NCBI GenBank assembly: GCA_044225505.1
Contig: JBGAIN010000015.1
Location: 1-64,000 of the forward strand
Direction: 5' to 3'
DNA length: 64,000 nt
DNA from: Limisphaerales bacterium
Lineage (GTDB): Bacteria > Verrucomicrobiota > Verrucomicrobiia > Limisphaerales > SIBE01
Positions 18,675 to 28,554 of this stretch are shown piece after piece. The stretch's first letter is position 1. The number at the start of each line of letters is the position of its first letter. Under the pieces are notes generated by a model. The model ran no database searches, was not told where the DNA came from, and saw only the letters and a list, made by a program, of their open reading frames with translations. The position numbers were made by a program, and so were the translations under genes.

Positions 18675-20662
18675 TCAAGTCTCATCTCTTCGCGGATCCG
18701 AAAGCGATTCTGCACGAAGTGTCGCTCGCGCGCGGAATCTTCCGACGAGCGCCAACCTTGCTAGCGTGCGAGGGGATCTGCCTGGCGACAAGCCTGGGAC
18801 TGGCTTACATGATTCGCTTCGATTTTGCAGTGCCTGAGAACGAGCGAACCAAGTTGCCGCTACTGATTCTCGGGGTCGTCGGACTGAAATTTCTACTGCT
18901 ATACCTGTTCCGACAGTTCCATTCATTGCCAGATTACTTTTGTCTGCCGGACTTTTGGCGCTTGGTCTATGCAACGTCTGTCGGTTCAGTGCTCCTCGGG
19001 ATAGTGCACTGGCTCTCTGAGGGAAGGATAGCACCGCCGTACGGGGTCAACGCCATCGATTTTTTGCTGTCTCTTTTGTTGCTGTCGGGCCTCAGACTTG
19101 CGTGGCGTCATAATCTTCGGCACCGCAATGCCCGCGAGGTCGTTCGCCCGAAATCCGTGCGACGAGTCGGGATCGTGGGGGCTGGGGAAGCTGGAGCCAT
19201 GCTCGCACGCGAGCTGAAGTCGCAGCCTCGTTTGGGCCTCGAACCCGTGGCCCTGTTCGATGACGACAAGCGAAAGTGGGGGGGGTACGTTCATGCCGTG
19301 CGGGTGCTCGGCTCACCTGAACTCTTGAGCAGTCGCCTCAGTGCAAAACTGCGTTTGGACGAAGTCATCATCAGCATGCCATCCGCCCCTCCGGATCGGC
19401 TTCGGGAAATTATTCGTATGCTGCGCACCGTTTCCATTCCATTTCGAACTGTTCCGTCGCTGACGGAGTTAGCCACAGGCAAAATTAAGGTTAGTCACTT
19501 GCGACCCGTCGAGATTGAGGATTTGCTCGGCCGCCCCGCGATCACTCTGGAGACTGCACAAATTCGTAATCTCCTCATTAACCAATGCGTCATGGTGACC
19601 GGCGCGGGCGGCAGCATTGGTAGCGAGTTGTGCCGTCAGATCGCCAGTTTTGGACCGGCGCAGCTCTTGTTGGTGGAGAGATCTGAAGTGCAGATGTTCG
19701 TCATTGAGCAAGAGCTAGTGCGGCGCGGGTACCGAGGCATCATCCGTCCACTTGTCGCCGACATTCTGGACGAGAAACGAATGCGCAGGATCATGGAGCA
19801 CTATCGGCCAAAATCGGTTTTCCATGCCGCAGCTCACAAACACGTTCCAATGATGGAAAGCCAGCCAGCCGAAGCGATCCGCAACAATACCTTGGGAACG
19901 GTTCAGTTGGCGGAGATGGCCGCAGACTATGGGATCGAACAGTTTGTTTTAATCTCGACCGACAAGGCCATCAATCCTACCAGTGTCATGGGCGCTACCA
20001 AGCGCTTGGCTGAAATGTTTCTGCAGTCTTATTATGCAGCTCACTCGCGCGGAACTCGGTTTAGCGCGGTTCGTTTTGGCAACGTTCTCGGTTCGTCCGG
20101 AAGCGTGATCCCTATCTTTAAAGAACAGATCGCCGCGGGCGGTCCGGTGACGATCACACATCCTGACATCACTCGCTATTTTATGACGATTCCTGAGGCG
20201 GTCGGCCTAGTCCTCCAGAGTGCCGTTCTTGGAACCGGTGGAGAGATCTTTGTTTTGGACATGGGCAAACCGGTGAGGATTGTCGACTTGGCACGCCAGC
20301 TCATTCAGCTGTCGGGATTTGAGCCTGACCATGACATCAAAATCGAGTTTGTCGGCCTGCGCCCTGGCGAAAAGCTTTTCGAGGAATTGAGTCACTTTCA
20401 GGAAGCGCTTTCTCCGACGGCTCACTCTAAAATCCTGCGTCTTTGCACGTCGCCTCGTCCGCTGGCGGACCTCCGCAAGGCATTACATCACTTAACGGAG
20501 CGCTTGCTGGACATGGAACCTGATCAACTCAAAGGGAAGTTGAGAGGGATTGTCCCGGAATATACGCCGGCTCTTTCGAAGCCCAGGTCTGAGCCTGCCC
20601 CCGCGCCACTGCCAGGCCCGAAGGAGCCCGCCAATGTTCCCGAGTTGGTGACGCCCCGTTAA
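18671..20662 (+). CDS. Nucleoside-diphosphate sugar 4,6-dehydratase (CapD/PglF/WbpM-like)
   Basis: IEDLLGR, VTGAGGSIGSELCRQ, HAAAHKHVP, ISTDKAINPTSVMGATKR, VRFGNVLGSSGSV, GLRPGEKLFEEL. Confidence 0.95.
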   Translation: MIKSHLFADPKAILHEVSLARGIFRRAPTLLACEGICLATSLGLAYMIRFDFAVPENERTKLPLLILGVVGLKFLLLYLFRQFHSLPDYFCLPDFWRLVYATSVGSVLLGIVHWLSEGRIAPPYGVNAIDFLLSLLLLSGLRLAWRHNLRHRNAREVVRPKSVRRVGIVGAGEAGAMLARELKSQPRLGLEPVALFDDDKRKWGGYVHAVRVLGSPELLSSRLSAKLRLDEVIISMPSAPPDRLREIIRMLRTVSIPFRTVPSLTELATGKIKVSHLRPVEIEDLLGRPAITLETAQIRNLLINQCVMVTGAGGSIGSELCRQIASFGPAQLLLVERSEVQMFVIEQELVRRGYRGIIRPLVADILDEKRMRRIMEHYRPKSVFHAAAHKHVPMMESQPAEAIRNNTLGTVQLAEMAADYGIEQFVLISTDKAINPTSVMGATKRLAEMFLQSYYAAHSRGTRFSAVRFGNVLGSSGSVIPIFKEQIAAGGPVTITHPDITRYFMTIPEAVGLVLQSAVLGTGGEIFVLDMGKPVRIVDLARQLIQLSGFEPDHDIKIEFVGLRPGEKLFEELSHFQEALSPTAHSKILRLCTSPRPLADLRKALHHLTERLLDMEPDQLKGKLRGIVPEYTPALSKPRSEPAPAPLPGPKEPANVPELVTPR

Positions 20663-20917
20663 GGACATGCACCGTGCTGAAATCACCGAATCGTGAGTGG
20701 TATCGTGCCCCTAGCGACCGAGCATACCCTGAGACGGCGTTGGCTTCCGTTTACCTCGGTTTGCCCAAAGAATCTTCTCGAAGCCCGTTTTCTGGGCGGA
20801 TCGCAAAAACGACTCTCTCCGCGTTCTCAAACGTGAGTACAAAATGAGTGTGAGTTATCGACCGCCTTGGCTTGAAATTTAGCTGTTACGGCCCAAACCG
20901 GGTGCGAGGATCGGACC

Positions 20918-22483
20918 ATGCAACCTCGGTGTAATACCTGCTCCATAACTCGTGTGAGACGCGATGCGGGAAATCTTATGACAGCAGTCTTGGCTGGGGT
21001 GGTCTGGGGTAGCATCCCTCAGCTTGTAATGTCGGTAGAGCCTCCGTCTAATCTCAGGGTGGTCGAAGCGGGCTCCGACGCGGCTCCGGATATTCTGGGG
21101 CAGCCTGGGAATCAGGGCGTCATGGTGGGGCAAAGCGCCACGTTTACTGTCCACGCGAGTGGAATCGGCCCGTTCCACTACCAGTGGACTTTTCACGGCA
21201 CGCCGGTGGGAGGCAATGAGGCGTCCTATACGCGGTCAAACTGTCAGCTCACCGATTCGGACGCGCGGGTACGCGTGGCTGTCAGTAACGAGGGCGGCGT
21301 TACATTGAGTAGTTGGGCGACGTTGATCGTGACTCCAATGCGGAGCACCTACTTCGCTTCAATCACCGGGTCAAGCAGGAATTCAGGGCTTTCTCCAGAG
21401 GCGCCGTGGTCACTCCCTTACGCTTTGGCTCAAGCGGGTCCGTCCAACATTATTACTTTCTTACCGGGCATCTATCCAAGTATTGAGATCTCGCGGTCTG
21501 GCACGATTTTGCGTTCACAGGTCAAATGGGGAGCCAAAGTGCTCGGCACCCGTGGCACGCATGGAATTTGGACTACGGGAGAGGGGAGCGTTTCCAACGT
21601 TGTCGTTGATGGATTCGAGGTTGCGTATTCTTATATCGATGGCGTTAAGTTTAACGGCGATAACTCGACGGTGCGAAACTGTTGGATTCATCACGCCGGA
21701 AAAGGGGATCCTCGGGCAGTCTTGAATTCGACGGGTCGATATTCTGGGCAAGGGATAGCTGCTCACAATAAGTATGGAACCGTTATTGAAAACAATCTCG
21801 TCGAATACTGCGGGATGTGGCAGAAGCATGATCACGGAATTTACATCAACGGCACTAATAACATTGTTCGAAACAACGTGTTGCGGTTCAATCTGGCGCA
21901 CGGGATTCAAGTCTATGAAGACAGCCCTCAAGCCGCCGCGGACTGCCAGATCTACAACAATCTAATTTACGGTAATGGCCGAGGAGTCGTAATTTATACC
22001 CAGTTTGGTCACACGAACTACGTTTTTAACAATACGATCATCTCCACCAACCTCGCGGTTGAGGCAACCCCGATTCTCGTGCGATACGCACCCCACGTTA
22101 TTGCAAAGAACAATATCTGCATTGGAAATGGGTCTTCCATAGGTTCCGATGAGGACATTCCAGTTACCGAAGACTTCAATGTCGTTACCACCCGAGCTGG
22201 AGGGAGCCACGATGTCGTGACTAAGCGCATTGGATTCGTGAATCCCGCAATAGGCCTTTATTGGTTAGCCGCGGACAGCCCTGCGCGCGGCCATGGCGAT
22301 GCTACCGTCGTCGCTCCGACGGATTTTTTTGGTGAGCCATCGATCCTCGGGACGCAACATGTCGGTGCGTTTGCCTATTCGGCGGTCTACGCGGCTGATT
22401 CGAGAGTGCTCGAGCCGTCCCCGCCCGGCGGGGCGGATTATTGGGGGACGCTCGGGCAAGCTCCGGCGGTCTCAGGGAAATAA
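20918..22483 (+). CDS. Secreted Ig-like + right-handed parallel beta-helix protein (probable polysaccharide lyase or modifying enzyme); start uncertain
   Basis: Ig I-set-like segment (QPGNQGVMVGQSATFTV…YQW…Y), G.G....PW motif, and Asn-rich beta-helix repeats (NNIVRNN, IYNNLIYGN, VFNNTI) with HDHGIY. Confidence 0.75.
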   Translation: MQPRCNTCSITRVRRDAGNLMTAVLAGVVWGSIPQLVMSVEPPSNLRVVEAGSDAAPDILGQPGNQGVMVGQSATFTVHASGIGPFHYQWTFHGTPVGGNEASYTRSNCQLTDSDARVRVAVSNEGGVTLSSWATLIVTPMRSTYFASITGSSRNSGLSPEAPWSLPYALAQAGPSNIITFLPGIYPSIEISRSGTILRSQVKWGAKVLGTRGTHGIWTTGEGSVSNVVVDGFEVAYSYIDGVKFNGDNSTVRNCWIHHAGKGDPRAVLNSTGRYSGQGIAAHNKYGTVIENNLVEYCGMWQKHDHGIYINGTNNIVRNNVLRFNLAHGIQVYEDSPQAAADCQIYNNLIYGNGRGVVIYTQFGHTNYVFNNTIISTNLAVEATPILVRYAPHVIAKNNICIGNGSSIGSDEDIPVTEDFNVVTTRAGGSHDVVTKRIGFVNPAIGLYWLAADSPARGHGDATVVAPTDFFGEPSILGTQHVGAFAYSAVYAADSRVLEPSPPGGADYWGTLGQAPAVSGK

Positions 22484-22499
22484 AGGCTGAGCATAGAGT

Positions 22500-23498
22500 T
22501 TGGGCGTTCGCCTCTGCACGACAAAAACTCGGTCTTCGTCAAAGGGGTTTGCTTTTTTTTCCATGGCAAGTCATTTAGCAGATTTACGTCCACGCCTGCG
22601 CCGAAGCGATGACTTGACAGCGAGCATGGGCGGGTTGGCTCGCTGGAGCGATCGGGTGCGACGTCTGCGCTGGCTCGGTTGCAGTGCGTTTGCTTCGCCG
22701 CCGGCTGAGAAGGAGTGGCTTTTGTTTCCGTTTTACCATTGGGTCTTGGACGATGAACGCAGGGTTTTTGCCGATCAACTGAGGTATCTGCGCCGCTTTG
22801 GCGACATCATCGGTCTCGATGAAGCCATGGAAGCGTTGCGCAATCCCGGGGGATTGGGAGGTCGCTACTTCTGCATCACATTTGACGATGGCTTTAAGAA
22901 TTGGATTACCAACGCGCTTCCGGTGTTAACAGAGCTCCAAGTCCCGGCCACGTTTTTTGTTCCGACGCAGTATATTGGCCTCGACTTGGACCGCGACTGG
23001 ACGGACATCGGCCCTTTTTATCAGCGTTCTTGGTCGCAGTATGAGCGTTTCTTCGAATTTCTTACATGGGACGAATGCCGGCAAATCGCCACAGCGGGTT
23101 TCACGATCGGCTCACATACTCACTCGCATCGGCGTTTGAGCCAGCTAACGCTCTCCGAAGTCGAGAAGGAGATGAGCATTTCCAAGGGAATTCTAGAGCG
23201 AGAACTTGGGAAGCCCTGCCGGCACTTCTCCTGCCCTTGGGGGAAAGCGGGTCGGGATTTTGATGCGGCGAAACATCCGGAGATCGCGCGAAAGCTCGGG
23301 TTTGAAACTTTCCTGACGACCGAGATCGGGCTCAACCGTAACGGCGATTCGCCGTACGCCGTTCGTCGGATTGGAACTGATCCAGATCTTGGCTGTCTCC
23401 GATTGCGCTACGCTCTCTTTCCGTCGTGGTTTCGTTCACTGCAGTGTCGTTTGACTCGCGACGAGCGAGCTGCTTCTTGTCCACTTGCAGTCACTTAG
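22500..23498 (+). CDS. Polysaccharide deacetylase (CE4/NodB); probable start ATG 22563
   Basis: FYHWV, CITFDDGF, ATFFVPT, IGSHTHSH, FSCPWG. Confidence 0.9.
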   Translation: MGVRLCTTKTRSSSKGFAFFSMASHLADLRPRLRRSDDLTASMGGLARWSDRVRRLRWLGCSAFASPPAEKEWLLFPFYHWVLDDERRVFADQLRYLRRFGDIIGLDEAMEALRNPGGLGGRYFCITFDDGFKNWITNALPVLTELQVPATFFVPTQYIGLDLDRDWTDIGPFYQRSWSQYERFFEFLTWDECRQIATAGFTIGSHTHSHRRLSQLTLSEVEKEMSISKGILERELGKPCRHFSCPWGKAGRDFDAAKHPEIARKLGFETFLTTEIGLNRNGDSPYAVRRIGTDPDLGCLRLRYALFPSWFRSLQCRLTRDERAASCPLAVT

Positions 23499-23534
23499 AC
23501 TAGTGGCGCTGGCCGGAGTTTTTGCAGATCCAGA

Positions 23535-24908
23535 ATGCCGTTGCCTCATTCAACGTTATGTTTAGATGGAAGCACTTTACTGGCGCAACGCGTCCGGGCT
23601 CTGCGAGAACCCAGGAAGCCCCTGGCGGACCGATGGCGGCAGCCTTGGCTGAAAGCGGTGGGTTTCCTGATGATGGCCTACATCGTCAGCTCACAAGCGT
23701 TGATGGGCTTTGGCCCGTTCTCGGTGCTCGGGTTTGGATCCGCCGTGGTCTTGGCTGGGTTGTTGGTGGTCGGGCGCTTCTTCGGATTGTGGACCCAAGA
23801 TATTGGCGGCTGGATCTGGTTCCCGATTGTCTTTGTCGTCTACTGCGCGATACGAAGTTTTTCAGGGATCCGGCACACGAACCCGCTCGATGTTTTATCG
23901 GCCGTATTTAGCGCCTATCTCGGAGGGATAGGGGTTGCGGCGGCGATGCAGGCGGGGGTTCCGTTTCGCAAGGTCGTCCTCGCGCAGATGATCAGCGGAC
24001 TTTGCCAGATTGGTGCAGGCGCGGTCGGGATTGGCACAGAACCGACAATCACTGGTGAGGAGGTGCGCTATGCGGGGCTCACGGGCAATGCCAACGAGTT
24101 TGGACTGCAGCTAACCTTGGGCGCCTGTCTGATCTGGCTCGTCCCCAAACAAGCCGGACTGAGTGGTTGTCTTTTCGCTTTTGGCGCGGTGGTTTATGCG
24201 CTGGTCACTTCTGGTTCAAGACAGGCTTTGCTGGTTGGGTGTTTGTTTGTGGGGCTTGTCATCATTCAGCTGTGGCCAGAGTTAAAAAAGCGTCGGGTCA
24301 TTTTGAGTGTCGCTTGTGTCGGGCTTTTGGCCGCTAGCGCATTGTTGGGGCCGATTCTGGTCGAGCGCGGCCGAGATATTCCTGCGGTTCGCCGAGCGCT
24401 GGAATACCATTCTGACAGTTCGTATCGCAAGCGCGTGACGCTCATTCAGCAAGGGCTGAGGCTCTGGAGAGGTTCTCCGCTTTTGGGAAATGGATTGGAT
24501 TCATTCCGTGGGTTGTCTGGCCAAGGCACCTACGCTCACAACGACTATGTCGAACTGTTGTCGGACCTAGGCTTGATCGGGTTACTCCTGTTCTACGCCA
24601 TGCATGTGAAGATCCTCATTGGTGCGAATCGTTTGCCTGGAGCTTTGCGGCTTTCCTGCTGGGTATTGATCGGGCTTTTGATGCTGCTGGACACAGGTAG
24701 CGTCGGCTACAAGCGAAAACAAACAGTCGTCTTGTTGATGGTTTTGGTGAGCCTGACGCGGAAGCTACCTGCGGTCGAATTGCCTGAAACGTTCGACCTC
24801 CGGCGAGTGCGCACTCCCATCCCGTCGCTGGGTTCGCGCGAGTTTAAGCAGCCCGCGGACGCCTTGTCGAGACGCAGCAACGACAGCACAAAGGAGTGGA
24901 TTGGCTAA
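23535..24908 (+). CDS. O-antigen ligase/Wzy polymerase-family membrane protein
   Basis: About 10 TM helices, GNANEFG, SGSRQA, PLLGNG…YAHNDYVELLSDLGLIG. Confidence 0.85.
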   Translation: MPLPHSTLCLDGSTLLAQRVRALREPRKPLADRWRQPWLKAVGFLMMAYIVSSQALMGFGPFSVLGFGSAVVLAGLLVVGRFFGLWTQDIGGWIWFPIVFVVYCAIRSFSGIRHTNPLDVLSAVFSAYLGGIGVAAAMQAGVPFRKVVLAQMISGLCQIGAGAVGIGTEPTITGEEVRYAGLTGNANEFGLQLTLGACLIWLVPKQAGLSGCLFAFGAVVYALVTSGSRQALLVGCLFVGLVIIQLWPELKKRRVILSVACVGLLAASALLGPILVERGRDIPAVRRALEYHSDSSYRKRVTLIQQGLRLWRGSPLLGNGLDSFRGLSGQGTYAHNDYVELLSDLGLIGLLLFYAMHVKILIGANRLPGALRLSCWVLIGLLMLLDTGSVGYKRKQTVVLLMVLVSLTRKLPAVELPETFDLRRVRTPIPSLGSREFKQPADALSRRSNDSTKEWIG

Positions 24909-26376
24909 AAAAGGTCTAGCTTCCAACTTTGTTTTACGGTTTTTCGTGACGGTTGCTGAGAAGCTGGCCGGTATCGCTGTTTTGCCTTTGCTGGTTGATG
25001 CGCTGGGCGTGGCGGGCTACGGGTACTTTACGCTCGTCTGCAGCCTTAGCCTGGTGTGCAAAAATGTCCTCACGCTGCGCTTGCCGTTGGCCGTGATTCG
25101 GTTCTACCCGTCACATCGCGAACAGGCCGGGCCGGTCGTTGCGGTAGGTCTACTCTATTGGGGATTCCTAATCCCTCTATTTGTGTTGGTGTTGCCTTTC
25201 TTTGGTGACCTTTTGGCAGTTCAAGCCTTTGGCAAACCTGGGTTTACTCAATTGCTCGTGGCGTCTGTGATGTTGGGAATGCTGGCGATGCTCTACGAGT
25301 TCCTGACGATCACTTTTCGCGCCGAGAATGAATTCGGGTTTATCTCGGCCGTGGACGCACTGGAGCGAGTTTTATACGTGCTTCTATGCGTGGTCGCGGT
25401 ATGGTTAGGCTGGGCATCTGTGCTGGTGATTTGCGTGGTTCTGATGATGACCACTTTGGCCAAGATCGTGGTCGCTGTTCGCCCTTCGCTCAGCCGGATC
25501 CATTGGGCCTGGCCAAGTAAGGATTTGGTTCAGCGAATGTTTCTCTTTTCTCTGCCTTACTTGCCCTTCTTGGCCGGGCTTTGGATCCTAGAGCGGGGAG
25601 CCTTTTTCTTTCTAGAACGGAGTTATGGTCCGGCAGTCGTGGGCACGTTTTCGATCGCCTTCTCGCTGGCTGCCGTCCTCGAAAGCGCGATGGGACCATT
25701 GCAAACCGTTCTTTATCCTGCCGTCCGGAAGACGCATGCCACCGGGACGCACGGTCAGGTCAAACACCAACTCACAATGGCGCTGAGGTTTATTCTCTTT
25801 GCAGGCATCTTTGGAGCGCTTGTGCTTTGCCTGGGAGTTCAACACATCTTCCGGATTCTGTCGATTAAAGCGGAGCCTCCAAGCACCGCTGTGGTTCTAG
25901 GCTTAAGCTCGGCTGTAGTCGTTTCTCTTGCACGCCATGTGCTCGTGACGGTGCTTAATCTCGAGATGAATACCAAAGCTTTGGCCTGGACGACGCCATT
26001 GGTCGCGATGGCCTTTGTTCCGGTCTATCTGACCCTGATCAGCCAGTTCGGCGCCAGTGGCGCAGCGTTGGCGTCGTTCCTCGCGGCGGTGGTTAACACA
26101 GTGGTCTTGGCTCGATTTGTGCCGCGCAGTTTGTTCCCGCTTCCGTCGCGCCGGTTCGTTCTGGCGCTAATATCGGCCACGGCCGGAGCGGTTGCCGTTC
26201 TGTATATGTTCCGGCCGCTGCCCACCTGGCAATTCTTGATCGGCTGCGGCTTCGCGGCGCTGCTTTACCTGGGCATTTCGTATTGGCTCGGGGCGTTCAC
26301 GGAGGAAGAGAAACAGCAATTGCCACGTTTCTTTCGTGGGATTGCTTTGCGTGTGCAACGTGCCGATCAAGGATAA
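24901..26376 (+). CDS. Wzx-type oligosaccharide flippase
   Basis: 12-14 TM helices, LPLLVDALGVAGYG, VGTFSIAFSLA, LISQFGASGAALA. Confidence 0.85.
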   Translation: MAKKGLASNFVLRFFVTVAEKLAGIAVLPLLVDALGVAGYGYFTLVCSLSLVCKNVLTLRLPLAVIRFYPSHREQAGPVVAVGLLYWGFLIPLFVLVLPFFGDLLAVQAFGKPGFTQLLVASVMLGMLAMLYEFLTITFRAENEFGFISAVDALERVLYVLLCVVAVWLGWASVLVICVVLMMTTLAKIVVAVRPSLSRIHWAWPSKDLVQRMFLFSLPYLPFLAGLWILERGAFFFLERSYGPAVVGTFSIAFSLAAVLESAMGPLQTVLYPAVRKTHATGTHGQVKHQLTMALRFILFAGIFGALVLCLGVQHIFRILSIKAEPPSTAVVLGLSSAVVVSLARHVLVTVLNLEMNTKALAWTTPLVAMAFVPVYLTLISQFGASGAALASFLAAVVNTVVLARFVPRSLFPLPSRRFVLALISATAGAVAVLYMFRPLPTWQFLIGCGFAALLYLGISYWLGAFTEEEKQQLPRFFRGIALRVQRADQG

Positions 26377-26456
26377 CCCGTCTCCCCACTCGCTCGTGCC
26401 TTTCCGTATTTGAATTCTTCACAGCGTTTTGCCTTAAACGCTCCTCCCGTCGTTCT

Positions 26457-27068
26457 ATGCTCGGTTTTTTTAAGCAGCAGCTGCTAAAGTTCCTGAATGA
26501 ATACAAAGCCAGCCAGATACGGACAGTTGTGACTTTGAAAGGATCGGGCCATGAATTTGACCGTACCACCTATGTTCGACTCGCTGACGGATCCGACAAG
26601 CGAGACATCGTGCTTGGGGATCACGCCAGAATCTATGGGCAGCTTGCGTCAGAGAATCACGGTAAGATTGAATTTGGCGCTCATACGTATCTCCGGGAAA
26701 ATAGCCTGATTGGCGCGGTGAACTCGGTCGTCATCGGTGACTATACCTCGATCGCTGATTTTGTTGTTGTCATGGATAACAATAATCACCCGATCAATCC
26801 GGATGATCGGCGTATCAAGGCAGTTTCGGATCGTGGTTCCGACGCGCGCAAGTGGAGGCATTCAGACTCGGCTCCCATCATTATTGAAAGCAACGTTTGG
26901 ATTGGCCAGTTTGCCAGGGTCTGCAAGGGCGTTCGGATTGGTCTGAACTCCGTGGTTGCAGCAAACTCTGTGGTCACGAAAGACGTCCCGCCAAACTGTA
27001 TCGTCGCAGGGAATCCGGCGCGGGTCGTGAAGACGGAAATCGACAAGGTTCGGCGAGTTTTTCAGTGA
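26457..27068 (+). CDS. Hexapeptide-repeat O-acyltransferase (LbH)
   Basis: DNNNHP, PIIIESNVWIG, GVRIGLNSVVAANSVVTKDVPPNCIVAGNPARVV. Start is placed at MLGFFK. Confidence 0.9.
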   Translation: MLGFFKQQLLKFLNEYKASQIRTVVTLKGSGHEFDRTTYVRLADGSDKRDIVLGDHARIYGQLASENHGKIEFGAHTYLRENSLIGAVNSVVIGDYTSIADFVVVMDNNNHPINPDDRRIKAVSDRGSDARKWRHSDSAPIIIESNVWIGQFARVCKGVRIGLNSVVAANSVVTKDVPPNCIVAGNPARVVKTEIDKVRRVFQ

Positions 27069-27123
27069 ATTGGTAACGATTCGCGTTGTGTGATTCTTTC
27101 GCCTTCTTGGCTCAGCTGCTGCC

Positions 27124-28554
27124 ATGAATCCCGTGGAAATAGTTAGTGATCCAGAACCAGCGCTTCTGGAGAAGTTCCCTTTTCCGTATCGGGCGGCATT
27201 CTCTGTATCGTCGGACATCGACAGTGCGAGTGTGGCACGATTCCGGGCGGTGCATGCGATGTTTTGCAGCAATAATCCGGTTAGGGAGTCGAGTCCAAGT
27301 TGGGAGGCACTCGGTCTCTCGACAGCATCCACTCATTTTCGAGAGGCGGTGGGTGGAGTCCCTGGCCTGGGACTCGAATTTGGGGATTCCTTTTTCTTGA
27401 TTGCCGATCCGACGACTTTCGGTATGCACCGATATGATCCAACGCAGAAGGATTTTCAGGAGGATCATCAGGACGATGAGTGCTGCAGTACGCTGATTTG
27501 GGATGGATTGCGCCGTCAGAAAATCGATACCTTTCACGCGTTCCTTCATTATCCGCGTTCTCAAGTGGAACCCTTGCTTCGGCGCTTTTATACGGAATGC
27601 GCTCGCCAGAACATTCCTCCGCCAAAGGTCTGGGTAAACCATTCGACCGCGGCTACGCCGACCGGTCTCTGCCCAGATCGTCTGCAATCGAGCGTGCCGT
27701 ATCGGTTGACTCGGCTAGGCATTCGCTACCTTATCGGTCCAATGCTCGGGCGGCGCCGGCAGCCATTACGAAACGCTTTCGTCCGCTATCGAGGGGACAC
27801 GCCGGGTAGCGCTTACTATATTAACGATCTCTTGGCTGCGAACGGACTGCGCTATGTTTGGTTGAACGTGAATGACCTTTGCCGGGACCAAACTGCGTTG
27901 TCAGAGGAACATCTGAATGGCCGGTCGACCATACTCCATCCGATAACGATGGATGACGGCGTTCGCTATTGGAGATTCGACCGGTGCTGTCTAGGCCGTT
28001 CGGAAAACGTCCACGGAGAGGCTTACTTGCGGGATTCCCCGGAGGGTTATGATGCGTCGCGGTGGATTACATCTCAGCGGTTGGCCGAACTCTGTCGCCT
28101 TCAAGGGACCTGCATCCTCTACACACACTGGACCCACCATCGGTCAATGCCAATCTCGGATGAGACAATTTCCAGATTCGAACTGCTTCGTCAATGGCGT
28201 GATCTAGGGAAAGTATGGGTGACTTCCACCTCGCGACTTCTTGATTGGACCCGGCTCCGAACCTTTATTCGGATTGCTGCTCATCGAGAGGGAAGGCGAT
28301 TGATCCTGAACATCCAAGGGATCGATGACCCTCTCTACGGATTCGAAGCACTCCAGTTGAAAGACGTCGACGGTCTCTGTGTGCGGTTGCGCCAAGTCGA
28401 GCCGTCTGTCGTCTGGGCTATTAACGGTCGACCTCTAAGCCCAGAGTTCGTGTCGCGATCCGGAGATTTCTGCTGGCTGCACTCGAGAGCTCCGATTGGG
28501 AACGGTGGATTGGGAACCGATGGCACCCACCAGTCAGGAACAATGCACCGATGA
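27124..28554 (+). CDS. Hypothetical protein in the EPS operon, possibly a deacetylase-like barrel
   Basis: Long ORF overlapping the downstream GT start; FPFPYRAAFSVSSDID, DTFH, VWVNH, ILYTH, VWVT…LL resemble NodB/GH57-type barrel elements. Confidence 0.6.
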   Translation: MNPVEIVSDPEPALLEKFPFPYRAAFSVSSDIDSASVARFRAVHAMFCSNNPVRESSPSWEALGLSTASTHFREAVGGVPGLGLEFGDSFFLIADPTTFGMHRYDPTQKDFQEDHQDDECCSTLIWDGLRRQKIDTFHAFLHYPRSQVEPLLRRFYTECARQNIPPPKVWVNHSTAATPTGLCPDRLQSSVPYRLTRLGIRYLIGPMLGRRRQPLRNAFVRYRGDTPGSAYYINDLLAANGLRYVWLNVNDLCRDQTALSEEHLNGRSTILHPITMDDGVRYWRFDRCCLGRSENVHGEAYLRDSPEGYDASRWITSQRLAELCRLQGTCILYTHWTHHRSMPISDETISRFELLRQWRDLGKVWVTSTSRLLDWTRLRTFIRIAAHREGRRLILNIQGIDDPLYGFEALQLKDVDGLCVRLRQVEPSVVWAINGRPLSPEFVSRSGDFCWLHSRAPIGNGGLGTDGTHQSGTMHR

